Shown: positions 43,088 to 52,165, counted from the stretch's first letter. The stretch: DNA of 64,000 nt from Candidatus Acidiferrales bacterium (GCA_046704165.1 JBJKSI010000125.1:5672-69671); one strand, 5' to 3'. Notes: generated by a model from the letters alone, not told the origin. A program made the numbers and translations.

Positions 43088-44167
43088 GTGCAATTTTCGC
43101 GCATGATCACTGCCGTCGACGCTCACGCCTGCGGCGAACCCGGCCGCGTAATCACCGGGGGTGTTCCTGATGTTCCTGGCCGGTCGATGTTCGAGAAGAT
43201 GACCTTCCTGGCACAGCATCAGGACGGCCTGCGCAAACTGATGCTGCGCGAGCCTCGCGGCTACCCTGCCGCCAACTGCAACCTGATCCTGCCGCCGACG
43301 CGGCCCGAGGCCCAGGCCGGCTACGTGATCATGGAGCAGACGGAATACGTGCCGATGTCGGGGACGAACACGATCTGCGTGGCCACGGTGCTGCTCGAGA
43401 CGGGCATGGTTCCCGCCGAGGAGCCTGAGACGCGCCTGATTCTGGAAAGCCCCGCCGGGCTGATTGAAATCACCGCCGAAGTCTCCGGCAGCCGGGTGAC
43501 CAAGGTGACTTTCCGCAACGTGCCGGCCTTCGCCGTCCACGTCGACGCGCCCATCGAAGTGAAAGGCCTTGGCACGGTGAAGGTGGACGTCGCCTGGGGT
43601 GGCATGTTCTACGTGATTGCGGACGCCGAGCCGCTCGGCCTGCGTCTCGAACCGGCCGCGGCGCGCGATATCGTCCGCGTCGGCGAGATGATCAAGGCCG
43701 CAGCATGCGAGCAGTTGCCGGTGGAGCATCCGGAAAATCCCGCGATTCACGACGTCACCATCGCCGAGCTTACCGGTCCGCCAAGCCGGCCGGGCATTTC
43801 CGGCCGCAATGCCGTTGTCGTCTCCACAGGCGAGCTCGACTGGAGCCGGCCCGAATCCTGGACCGGCGCGCTCGATCGCTCCCCTTGCGGCACGGGCACC
43901 TGCGCCCGCATGGCCGCGCTTCACGCCAAGGGAAGACTGGCGCTGGGCGAGGATTTCGTTCACGAAGGCATCCTCGGCACCACCTTCACCGGCCGCCTGA
44001 TCGAGGAGACGCGCATCGGTTCCTACCGCGCCGTCGTCCCCACGCTTTCCGGCCGCGCCTGGATCACCGGCATCGCTCAGTACGTAGTCGAGCCCGACGA
44101 TCCTTTCCCCGAAGGTTTCACCGTCGGCGACATCTGGGGCGCCGCCACCGACAAGCCCCACTCCTAG
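43088..44167 (+). CDS. Proline-racemase-superfamily enzyme (4-hydroxyproline epimerase / 3-hydroxyproline dehydratase-like) with a Ser/Cys catalytic pair
   Basis: GTG 43088 follows GGAGGGA (ATG 43103 is an alternative start). ITAVDAHACGEPGRVITGG. The first catalytic position reads VPMSGTNT (Ser where racemases have Cys). The second reads LDRSPCGTGTCARMA (Cys kept). Confidence 0.85.
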   Translation: MQFSRMITAVDAHACGEPGRVITGGVPDVPGRSMFEKMTFLAQHQDGLRKLMLREPRGYPAANCNLILPPTRPEAQAGYVIMEQTEYVPMSGTNTICVATVLLETGMVPAEEPETRLILESPAGLIEITAEVSGSRVTKVTFRNVPAFAVHVDAPIEVKGLGTVKVDVAWGGMFYVIADAEPLGLRLEPAAARDIVRVGEMIKAAACEQLPVEHPENPAIHDVTIAELTGPPSRPGISGRNAVVVSTGELDWSRPESWTGALDRSPCGTGTCARMAALHAKGRLALGEDFVHEGILGTTFTGRLIEETRIGSYRAVVPTLSGRAWITGIAQYVVEPDDPFPEGFTVGDIWGAATDKPHS

Positions 44168-44300
44168 CCGCTAGGTACGCGGACTGAACACGTGTGCCAG
44201 GAGACGTGCAAACCTATCGCAGTGACGAGTCGGCCGGTGGGCCGCAAGCCGTTCAGATCACAACCTTTCATGATGCATTTTGGGGCTTGGGCGACCGGCT

Positions 44301-45278
44301 TTACGAGGAATAACCGTTTGGGTGGCGCTCTGCCCATTGCCAGGCGCTGCGGAGGATCTCCTCGAGGTTGCGCTGCGGCCGCCAGCCCAGTTCCTGGGCG
44401 ACGAGCGAGCTGTCGGCGACGAGTGCCGGCGGATCGCCCGATCGGCGGCCATGTTGTTCGACCGGGATGCAGCGGCCCGTGATGCGTTCGGCCGTCTCGA
44501 TCACCTGACGCACGGAATAGCCGTGGCCGGTGCCGAGGTTATAAATGGAGCCGCCCCGCGCGGCGTGCTCGATCGCCGCCAGATGCGCTTCGGCGATGTC
44601 GAGCACGTGGATGTAGTCGCGGATACAGGTGCCGTCGGGCGTGGGGTAGTCGGTGCCGAAGATCCCGATTGCAGGCGCGCGGCCGGCTGCGGCGGCGAGC
44701 AGGCGGGGAATCAGATGGGATTCGGGAACGTGATTTTCGCCAAAACGCTCGGTGGCGCCCGAGGCGTTGAAGTAGCGTAGGGCCACGTAGCCCAGCCCTT
44801 CGGCGCCCCGTGCTACTTCGAGCAGCCGCTCGCAGACGAGCTAGCAGTACCCGTAGGGATTCACCGGCAGCGTAGGATCGTCCTCGGTGATAGGCGTCTT
44901 CCGGGGCGTGCCGTAGACGGCGGCCGTGGAGCTGAAGACGATGCGTTTTACTCCCGCCGTCAGCATCGCTTCGAGCAGCGTCAGCGTGCCCCCGACGTTC
45001 TCACGGTAGTAGAAGAGCGGCCGGCGCATCGACTCTTCCACCTCGATCGCCGCGGCCATATGTACCACTGCTGCAATCGATTCCGCGGCGAACACGCGGT
45101 CGATCGCAGCCCGGTCGTTCAGGTCCGCCTCGATCAGCCGCGCGCCCTCGGGCACCGCAGCGCGATGGCCGGCACGAAGATTGTCGAGGATCAGCGTCGG
45201 GTAGCCGCGCGAAACGAGCAACTCGGCGACGACACTGCCGATGTAGCCGGCGCCACCGGTAACCAGAATCCTGTCCAT
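44301..45278 (-). pseudogene. galE: UDP-glucose 4-epimerase gene interrupted by one in-frame TAG at the catalytic Lys codon
   Basis: N-terminal part MDRILVTGGAGYIGS...VFSSTAAVYG...NPYGYC, then TAG (44841-44843), then in the same frame LVCERLLEVARGAEGLGYVALRYFNASGA...RDYIHVLDIAEAHL. Aligned to E. coli SPYGKSKLMVEQIL, the stop falls on K153 of the YxxxK motif. No other lesion is seen. Confidence 0.8.
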
Positions 45279-45402
45279 AGTCGTGTGAGTCTCCGCTTCC
45301 GAATCCGAATTTTCCGCGCCGTCGTGGGGGATCGCCTCTAGTGTAGCGGAAATCGCCGCGCGTCCCGGCGACACTTTTCCCGGCATCGGGAGTAGGCGGC
45401 GT

Positions 45403-46467
45403 TTATTGGATCAGGGACTGCCCCGGCTGGCTGAACGGCGCGGCAGACGGGCGGCCGAGATCGGCAATGGCTTCGACGATGGCCCCGGTGACCAGTTCGG
45501 GCTCGTCGAGCTGGATCCAGTGGCCGCTCTTGCGGGCCACAATGTGCCGGCCGTGCGAAGAGAGCTTCGTGATGGCGATCTGCTCGGCCAGCCGCAACGG
45601 CTCGGCGCTGCCCGCGGAGATCACGATCACCGGTTTTCCCTCGAGTCCATTGCCCGCGCGCAACACCTCGGCGGCGCTTTCCGGCAGCGCCTCGATCTGG
45701 CCAGCCATGGCGGAATAGAACTTCGGCTGCACCCAAAAGGAGTAGACGATCGAGCGCAACTCGGGTGGCAGGCGCCTGAGCGGCGCAATCATCGAAGGCG
45801 TATTGACAAGCGTGCCGTCGCTGATGAAAAGGAGCGTGGCGCGCGCGAGCGTGTGCGCCCCTATGCGGACCAGCAGGGCCACCAGCCGCGTCATGCCGAA
45901 TCGACCCAGCGTTGCGGCGCGCCGGCACAGCTTCGCCCCATGCTGGAGCTTACGCCGTTCCCGTTCGCTGAGCGGCACCCACTCGCCCGGCCCGACTGGA
46001 TCCACCAGCACCAGACCGGCGACCTCCTCAGGATGGAGGGCGGCAAAGAGCCGCGTGGTGAGTCCGGCAAAGGAATGGCCGACGAGAATGTACGGCGGAG
46101 GAACGCCGGCCCGGTCGAGCAGCCGGCGCAGCTCCTCGACGATGCTTTCGGCTGTGCGCGGCTCCGGACCCGGATCGCTCCAGCCGAGCCCTGCGCGGTC
46201 GTAGGCCACCGTGCGCACCAGCCGCGATAGGTCGGGCATCACGTGATGCCAGCTCAGAACGCTGCCCGGCAGCCCCGCGTCGAATACCACCGTTGGCTCG
46301 CCGCTGCCGCGCGAGTAGATGTGCAGCCGATGGCCGCCGATGTCGACCAGTTGGCCCGGTGGTGGATGCCGGCGACGGTCAGCCGCAGAGCCCAGCGCCT
46401 GATAGGTCATACCGGCGAGTAGCAGCAGGATGAACGTGAGAACAGCGGTGACCAGCGTGACGAGCAA
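45403..46467 (-). CDS. Alpha/beta-fold hydrolase with N-terminal membrane anchor
   Basis: 354 aa. TM MLVTLVTAVLTFILLLLAG. VVFDAGLPGSVLSWHHV, nucleophile elbow LVGHSFAG, C-terminal ...SGHWIQLDEPELV. Confidence 0.8.
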   Translation of the reverse strand: MLVTLVTAVLTFILLLLAGMTYQALGSAADRRRHPPPGQLVDIGGHRLHIYSRGSGEPTVVFDAGLPGSVLSWHHVMPDLSRLVRTVAYDRAGLGWSDPGPEPRTAESIVEELRRLLDRAGVPPPYILVGHSFAGLTTRLFAALHPEEVAGLVLVDPVGPGEWVPLSERERRKLQHGAKLCRRAATLGRFGMTRLVALLVRIGAHTLARATLLFISDGTLVNTPSMIAPLRRLPPELRSIVYSFWVQPKFYSAMAGQIEALPESAAEVLRAGNGLEGKPVIVISAGSAEPLRLAEQIAITKLSSHGRHIVARKSGHWIQLDEPELVTGAIVEAIADLGRPSAAPFSQPGQSLIQ

Positions 46468-46574
46468 GGAAGTGTCTGCCCTCCCGACTTCATGCTAGCC
46501 CCAGGCCGCACGCCAATGCCAGTGCGTGAATGGGAACGGCGCCCGGAATGCCGCAGCCGGCACGTCCAGAAGGT

Positions 46575-46859
46575 TCAGGAGGTCATGCGGTCGCGAATTT
46601 CGCGCTCGTATTCGGGAAAATATCGGCTGATATCGCTCAGGTCGAACTGCCGGAGGATCGACTCCTTTGGCTCATGCTCGAGCAGGAACTCGAAGGAACG
46701 CTTCAGCAGCTCTTCGAGCGGAGCCTTTCCGCCGGAGATTTGGCGGGCATAGGTGGGTTCGACGGTAACCATGTGGCGGGTTTCGCTGCCGTCCTCGCGG
46801 ACGGTGATTTCGAAGCGATTTTCGTTCTCGGATTGGACGGTGATTTGAGCGGCCATCAA
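46575..46859 (-). CDS. Conserved-looking small hypothetical protein
   Basis: 94 aa with coding-like composition. FEITVREDGSETRHMVTVEPTYARQI...LLKRSFEFLLEHEPKESILRQFDLSDISRYFPEYEREI resembles an uncharacterised family I recall only vaguely. No function assigned. Confidence 0.55.
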   Translation of the reverse strand: MMAAQITVQSENENRFEITVREDGSETRHMVTVEPTYARQISGGKAPLEELLKRSFEFLLEHEPKESILRQFDLSDISRYFPEYEREIRDRMTS

Positions 46860-46999
46860 GACACCTCAATTTCAGATGGTAGGCACTACACACTGGCCGG
46901 GTCAACCGGCGCGCGTTTCCCCGAGCGGCGAGCCCCGGGTTCGCGGATAATACCGTAGCTGGAGGCGCCGAAGGCAGGCGAGGCTCCGGGGGAGGGAAG

Positions 47000-47347
47000 A
47001 TGGAGACACTCGAACAGTTTGAGGAATTCCGCGCGGCGATGAATCGCCGGATCGAGGAGAGCGATCACCTGGGGCTCAAGCGCTTCTTCGCGCTCGACCA
47101 CCAGGCCTACGAGCCCGGCCCGCTCGACGCAAAAACGAAGGAACTGCTGGGTCTGGTGGCTTCGGCCGTGCTCCGCTGTGACGACTGTGTCACCTATCAC
47201 CTGACGCGTTGCGCCGAGGAGGGCTGGACGCGCGCCGAGGTGATTGACGCGCTCAACGTTGCCCTCGTGGTCGGCGGTTCGATCACCATCCCGCACCTGC
47301 GGCGCGCCTTTGCGCGAATGCAGGAAATCGACGCGCTGAAGGGATAG
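47000..47347 (+). CDS. Carboxymuconolactone-decarboxylase (AhpD-like) family protein
   Basis: 115 aa. ATG follows GGGGGAGGG. LDAKTKELLGLVASAVLRCDDCVTYHLTRCAEEGWTRAEVIDALNVALVVGG contains the CxxC of AhpD-like proteins. Confidence 0.8.
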   Translation: METLEQFEEFRAAMNRRIEESDHLGLKRFFALDHQAYEPGPLDAKTKELLGLVASAVLRCDDCVTYHLTRCAEEGWTRAEVIDALNVALVVGGSITIPHLRRAFARMQEIDALKG

Positions 47348-47403
47348 CCACCGGCCGACGCGAGCTTTGCCGTTTCGGACCGAAATCGCACTAGAATAAG
47401 GCA

Positions 47404-48366
47404 ATGCATTCCCAGGACGCGCACCCCGGACATTCTCATGCCGAAGCCCTGCTCGATTCCGCTCATCCCGGACGGCTGACGGCGCGGCTGAAATGGGCCC
47501 TGGCGGCGACGGTCGGCCTGGTGGTGGCCGAACTGGTTGGCGGACTTTCCAGCCATTCGATCGCGCTGATCACCGACGGCGTTCACAACCTCACGGACAC
47601 GCCGACGCTGATCATCTCCTGGCTGGCTGCGCAGTGGGCGTTGCGTCCGCCTACCAGCGAAAAGACCTACGGCTACCGCCGCGCGGGCATTCTGGCGGCC
47701 TTCACCAACGCGCTGGTGCTGGTGCTGGTCGCGGTATATCTGATCTGGCAATCCTACGAAAGGTTCCGGAGCCCGGTCACGGTTCACACCGGCACGATGC
47801 TGGTTCTTGGCGCGTTGGCGCTGGCGGTGAACGGCGGCATCACACTCGCGCTGGTGCGCGGGCGCGCCGACCTGAACCTGCGCAGCGTGCTGATCCACAA
47901 CTTCGGCGACGCGCTTTCGAATCTCGGCATCCTTGTCGGCGCGCTCATCATCCACTGGACCCACGCCGAATGGATCGATCCCCTGATCGGGCTCGGCATC
48001 GGCGCCATGGTGCTCTGGACCACGATCGGCATCCTACGAGACAGCAGCCACATCCTGCTCGAGGGACTACCCAAGCAGATGCGACTGGAAGATGTTGCCA
48101 ACGTGATCCTCTCCGTCGAGCCGGTGCAGGAGGTGCACGACATCCACGTCTGGACGCTTGGCACCGGCCATTACGTTCTCTCCTGCCACATCTGCATACC
48201 CGACATGCACATCGAGGAGAGTGAACTCCTCCTGCAGCGCATCAACGATCGCCTGGCCGCGCGCTTCCACATTCACCACACCACCATCCAGTTCGAACGG
48301 GCACGACCGGCGCCGACGCCCGGTCTCTACATGCCTGCCCCATTCGATTCCAGCACCCATTCCTGA
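47404..48366 (+). CDS. Cation-diffusion-facilitator (CzcD/ZitB-like) metal efflux transporter
   Basis: 320 aa. His-rich N-terminus. LVVAELVGGLSSHSIALITDGVHNLTD, HNFGDALSNLG, and a C-terminal cytoplasmic domain VHDIHVWTLGTGHYVLSCHI. Confidence 0.9.
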   Translation: MHSQDAHPGHSHAEALLDSAHPGRLTARLKWALAATVGLVVAELVGGLSSHSIALITDGVHNLTDTPTLIISWLAAQWALRPPTSEKTYGYRRAGILAAFTNALVLVLVAVYLIWQSYERFRSPVTVHTGTMLVLGALALAVNGGITLALVRGRADLNLRSVLIHNFGDALSNLGILVGALIIHWTHAEWIDPLIGLGIGAMVLWTTIGILRDSSHILLEGLPKQMRLEDVANVILSVEPVQEVHDIHVWTLGTGHYVLSCHICIPDMHIEESELLLQRINDRLAARFHIHHTTIQFERARPAPTPGLYMPAPFDSSTHS

Positions 48367-48423
48367 ACAGTGGAACCCTACTAAAAGCTTGTGGGATTGT
48401 GGTGTTACCCGTATGGCGTAAGG

Positions 48424-49266
48424 CTAAGGCGTCAGGTGAAGGATGGTGCCCCGCTCGGCATTGCGCTGCTCGGTGGCTTTCATGTTGATCTGGTCGATTG
48501 GCACGCTGCGCCGCATGCCCGCGGCAGTGATGTAGACGATCTGTCGGCCCTCTTCGCTGAAAGCGACGGCGTGAATCACCTTCCCGTTTCGCCGCACCAG
48601 CAGGAACTGGCCCAGGTCGGGCAGCGGGGGAGCCGGAGCGGGTTGTGCCGCCGGAGCAGGGGCGGCTGCTCGGGCAGGCACCGGCTGGGCCGTCGGCTGA
48701 GGTGCGGGCTGCTGCACCAGGATGATCTGTGGCTGCGAGGGCGTGACGACCATGGGCGATTCCCCGTAAGCGGGCCAGAAGGCTGCCGGTTGCACGCGCG
48801 GCAAACTCTCCGCCTGCCGCAACTCCATCTGTGTCAACGGATCGATCAAGGCCAGCACCTGCAAGTTGCTATTGATGGCCGCCAGGTGGCTGAAATCGAA
48901 TCCCAGCCCGGGGGCGGGGTTGAGCAACTGGCCGATTGGGATGGGTGTGCCGCCGAAATCCTCTGTCACCACGTTCGGCGAGGAGGATGTCGGGACGGGC
49001 GCCACACCAGTGCCGGTGGGGAGCTTGGCCATGTCAGGGGAGGCTACTGGACGCTGCGGGGCGATCCGAATCACCCTCACAGGCGTAGCGGTGTTCATTC
49101 TCACGGGGGGCGGCGCCGGACGGACATAGGTGATTGTGCGATTGGGCAGCATCACCGGCCGGGCCGGGGGCGCGGCACGCTGCACGGGCACTCGCCTCAC
49201 CTGCGCCTCAATGGGAAGCGTTGCAAAAACGATCGCCAGGACCGCCAAGCCAGCCTTGCCGCGCAT
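48424..49266 (-). CDS. Secreted proline-rich hypothetical protein
   Basis: Start taken at ATG 49266 (MRGKAGLAVLAIVFATLPIEAQ, signal-like). A long Pro/Ala/Gln-rich linker leads to a structured tail FLLVRRNGKVIHAVAFSEEGRQIVYITAAGMRRSVPIDQIN. No family recognised. Confidence 0.45.
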   Translation of the reverse strand: MRGKAGLAVLAIVFATLPIEAQVRRVPVQRAAPPARPVMLPNRTITYVRPAPPPVRMNTATPVRVIRIAPQRPVASPDMAKLPTGTGVAPVPTSSSPNVVTEDFGGTPIPIGQLLNPAPGLGFDFSHLAAINSNLQVLALIDPLTQMELRQAESLPRVQPAAFWPAYGESPMVVTPSQPQIILVQQPAPQPTAQPVPARAAAPAPAAQPAPAPPLPDLGQFLLVRRNGKVIHAVAFSEEGRQIVYITAAGMRRSVPIDQINMKATEQRNAERGTILHLTP

Positions 49267-49362
49267 TGCCTCCCTCCAGCGGGATGCCGGGTCCTTGGGC
49301 CCGTACAGCTCCATTTTACCCCCATTCCGCCCACCGGGACCGACGCTATTCTGAATTCACCT

Positions 49363-49390
49363 TTGCGCAACCCCCGGCCTATGCTATAAA
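49363..49390 (+). promoter_or_regulatory. Candidate sigma70-type promoter upstream of the zinc-ribbon micro-ORF
   Basis: TTGCGC (49363-49368), 16 nt, TATAAA (49385-49390), ending 14 nt upstream of ATG 49405. This implies a very short or leaderless-like 5' UTR. Confidence 0.35.
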
Positions 49391-49404
49391 TTTTTGCCCG
49401 TCGG

Positions 49405-49569
49405 ATGGCAGAGCGAAAGCAGCAGCCGGTTGACGGAAAAAGGGCGGAACCCCAGAGGGAACACGCTTCGGAGTATTGTCCCGTCTGTTCCCGCCGGCTG
49501 GAGAATCGTGCCTGCAAGCTGGTGTGTCCAGTCTGCGGCTACTACATGTCCTGTTCGGATTACTATTAG
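49405..49569 (+). CDS. 54-aa Cys-rich zinc-ribbon microprotein (below the ORF-track length cut-off)
   Basis: My own translation: [54 protein letters not shown]. It has two CPVC knuckles plus three more Cys. It sits in a gap otherwise lacking an ORF, 77 nt upstream of a STAS gene. There is no clear SD. Confidence 0.45.
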   Translation: MAERKQQPVDGKRAEPQREHASEYCPVCSRRLENRACKLVCPVCGYYMSCSDYY

Positions 49570-49645
49570 TGACCGAAGGATGGTGCCCGGATGCACCACC
49601 GATATCGGGTAAATCCGGAATTCTGACGCGTGAGGAGGCTCGAAC

Positions 49646-49993
49646 GTGCCGCTGAAAATGACCGAGCGAAAGTTGGGTGATGTGTCGGTGCTGGATCTCG
49701 ATGGACGCATCGTCTTGGGAGAGGAATCGAGTGCGCTGCGGGAACGAGTGAAGAACCTGCTGGGGCAGGACCGCAAGAGGATCGTGCTCAACATGGGCGC
49801 CGTGTCGTACATCGACAGCGCCGGCCTTGGCGCGCTGGTTGCCTCCTTTACCAGCGCCAAGAATCAGGGAGCCACGCTGAAACTGGTCAACTTGGGCCAG
49901 AAATTCCGTGAAGTGCTGCAAGTGACCAAGCTGCTCACTGTTTTCGAGGTGTACGACACCGAGCCTGCGGCGATCTCGAGCTTTCCGAAGTAG
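49646..49993 (+). CDS. Second STAS-domain anti-sigma-factor antagonist
   Basis: 115 aa with a GTG start. VLDLDGRIVLGEESSALRERVKNLL...IVLNMGAVSYIDSAGLGALVASFTSAKNQGATLKLVNL. The phospho-acceptor Ser of DSxGLG is retained. Confidence 0.85.
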   Translation: MPLKMTERKLGDVSVLDLDGRIVLGEESSALRERVKNLLGQDRKRIVLNMGAVSYIDSAGLGALVASFTSAKNQGATLKLVNLGQKFREVLQVTKLLTVFEVYDTEPAAISSFPK

Positions 49994-49999
49994 TCCCGC

Positions 50000-51334
50000 T
50001 CAGCCGTCGAGCCGGTAGAGTGTGAGGCCGCTGAGCAGTTTCGGATAGAAATCTGTCGATTTCTCGGGCAGCACTCGGCCGGCAAAGGCGGCTTCGGTTA
50101 CCTGGCTGATCGGAGTGGGGTTCAGCAGCAGGGCGACCTGTGCGCTTCCTGCATCGACGGCGGCAAACGCCGCTTCGGCGTCCCGCTCGTAGCCGATGCG
50201 CTCCTCCCCGGAAACCTCATCTTGCGTGATCCCGAGTCCCCGCTCGAGGATCACGCGGTGCAGCAGCACCACGTCCAGCCGCCGCTCTTCGGGCGCCAGA
50301 TCCTTTAGCCGTCGATCCACGTCGACCGAGTTTCTTGGCAGAAGCAGGTAGAAGGCCCCGCCGCCGGCATAGGCGCCGATGGCGGGTCGCATCTTCCCGC
50401 GCTTCTCCATGTCGTGCTGGAATTCGGCGAGCGCCGTTTCGCGCTCGGCTGTGCTACCGAACGTGTAGGCGTACCAGTCGAAGGTCTCCGCCAGCCTGGC
50501 GCGGAAAGCCTCGAAATCGAAACCCTCCAGCCCGGAAATCAGGCGATGCGTCGGCAGGATCGTCAATCCCTCGCCTTCGGCGTCGAAGAGCGCCATCATC
50601 CCCTTTTCGCTGGGCGCCGTTGGGTCCACCGAGCCGGCCGCGCGCCGGCATTCGTCGCGATAGGCCAGGGCGGTCTCGTACCGATGGTGCCCGTCGGCAA
50701 TCACCAGTTGCCTGTCTGCCATGCGGCCGGCGATCGCGGCGATTGCGTCCGGGCCACTCAGCGCCCAGAGCCTGTGAATTACGCCGTTTTCGTCGGTCAG
50801 CTCGACGATCGGTTCGCGCTGCGCCGCCTCGCTCACCGCGCGCTCGATCGTGCGTTCCGGGTCCTGGTAGAGCAGGAAGAGCAGGCCGGTCTGCGTCCGC
50901 GTATGCCGCAGCAGCTCCAGGCGGTCGGCCTTCGGGCCTGGCAGGGTACGCTCGTGTCGGAAAACGACGTTGGCCGCGTAGTCCTCCAGCCGCCCCAACG
51001 CGATGAAGCCTTTGCGCGTGCGGCGCTGGCCGGTGCCGGGCACGGTGTATTCCTGGAAATAGGGGTAGAAGGAAGGTTCGACGTCGTGCATCAGCACGCC
51101 CTGGCGCATCCACTCGTCCAGGCTGGAGGCGGCGCGCGTGTATACGTTATTCGTGGCCGAATCGCCAGGCCGAGCCACGCCCTTTTCCACGTGGATGAAA
51201 TTATAAGGGCTTGCCGTCAGGTAGCGTTCCCGCATCGGCTCGCTGATCTTGTCGTATGGCTGGGTCACCACGTCTGCCGGGCGCACCTTCCGGGGGTCGT
51301 ATCTCCATGCGCGAAAGGGAAAGATTTCGGCCAT
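50000..51334 (-). CDS. DUF1015-family protein
   Basis: 444 aa. The N-terminus MAEIFPFRAWRYDP...VVTQPYDKIS and the IADGHHRYETAL motif are hallmarks of DUF1015. Confidence 0.8.
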   Translation of the reverse strand: MAEIFPFRAWRYDPRKVRPADVVTQPYDKISEPMRERYLTASPYNFIHVEKGVARPGDSATNNVYTRAASSLDEWMRQGVLMHDVEPSFYPYFQEYTVPGTGQRRTRKGFIALGRLEDYAANVVFRHERTLPGPKADRLELLRHTRTQTGLLFLLYQDPERTIERAVSEAAQREPIVELTDENGVIHRLWALSGPDAIAAIAGRMADRQLVIADGHHRYETALAYRDECRRAAGSVDPTAPSEKGMMALFDAEGEGLTILPTHRLISGLEGFDFEAFRARLAETFDWYAYTFGSTAERETALAEFQHDMEKRGKMRPAIGAYAGGGAFYLLLPRNSVDVDRRLKDLAPEERRLDVVLLHRVILERGLGITQDEVSGEERIGYERDAEAAFAAVDAGSAQVALLLNPTPISQVTEAAFAGRVLPEKSTDFYPKLLSGLTLYRLDG

Positions 51335-51493
51335 TTGCCTGTCTACCTGTCCTTATGTGGAGTGGAAAACGTCGATTTTAACAGCGCCTCGGCCCTCGGC
51401 CAATTTGCGCCGCGAGAAAATGCCGGGCATGCTAGAAGAAGAGCAATGCTCACCCCCGAAATCGTGCGGAGCGGCAGGAGGAGAAGGAACCAC

Positions 51494-52165
51494 GTGTCGA
51501 AATATTTTCCCGAAGTGAAGGTGCTCGTCTTCGATCTCGACGGGACGCTGATCGATTCCAAGCGCGACCTGGTGCTCGCCGTCAACGCCACGCGCCGGAA
51601 TCTGGGGCTCGACGCGCTCAGCGACGAGCTTGTCTCGAGCTACGTGGGCGACGGCATGCAGAAGTTGGTGGAACGCGCGCTGGGCGAAGGTTGCCCGACG
51701 CGGCGGATCGAGCAGGCGATGGACTTCTTCCTCGAATACTACCGCGAGCACATGCTCGACAACACTGTCACCTATCCTGGCGTACGCGAGGCCCTCGAAG
51801 TGCTCCGCTCTCGTCCGCTCGCCGTGCTCACCAACAAGCCGGTCAAGTTTAGCCGCGCGATCCTGGAGGGTTTGGGCATCGCGCCCTATTTTCGTCAGGT
51901 CTACGGTGGCAACAGTTTCGAGACGAAAAAGCCGGATCCGCTCGGGATGAACACGCTGCTCAGGGAATTCCAGATGGCGCCTCGGCAGGCGATGCTGGTG
52001 GGTGATTCCATCGTCGATATCCAGACCGCTCGCAACGCCGGCACGTGGTCGGCCGGAGTCACCTACGGCCTCGGCAGCGCCAAGCTCGATACCCTGCCGC
52101 CCGACGTCCTGTTCGATACGCTCGTCGACCTGCCTGCCTGCCTCGCCGCCCCCGCCGAAGCCTGA
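51494..52165 (+). CDS. HAD-superfamily hydrolase, phosphoglycolate-phosphatase-like
   Basis: GTG 51494 follows GGAGGAG (ATG 51446 is an alternative start). Motif I VLVFDLDGTLIDS, motif II LAVLTNK, motif III/IV KKPDP...LVGDSIVDIQTARNAG. The 583-aa track ORF is an artefactual upstream extension. Confidence 0.85.
   Translation: MSKYFPEVKVLVFDLDGTLIDSKRDLVLAVNATRRNLGLDALSDELVSSYVGDGMQKLVERALGEGCPTRRIEQAMDFFLEYYREHMLDNTVTYPGVREALEVLRSRPLAVLTNKPVKFSRAILEGLGIAPYFRQVYGGNSFETKKPDPLGMNTLLREFQMAPRQAMLVGDSIVDIQTARNAGTWSAGVTYGLGSAKLDTLPPDVLFDTLVDLPACLAAPAEA

Noticed and set aside
44841-44843. In-frame TAG in galE as a pyrrolysine or programmed-recoding site
   Set aside because: I see no pylTSBCD genes or PYLIS-like context in the window, and Pyl use is unknown in this kind of bacterium. 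A nonsense mutation or a base-call error is far more parsimonious. The site is retained as a pseudogene finding.
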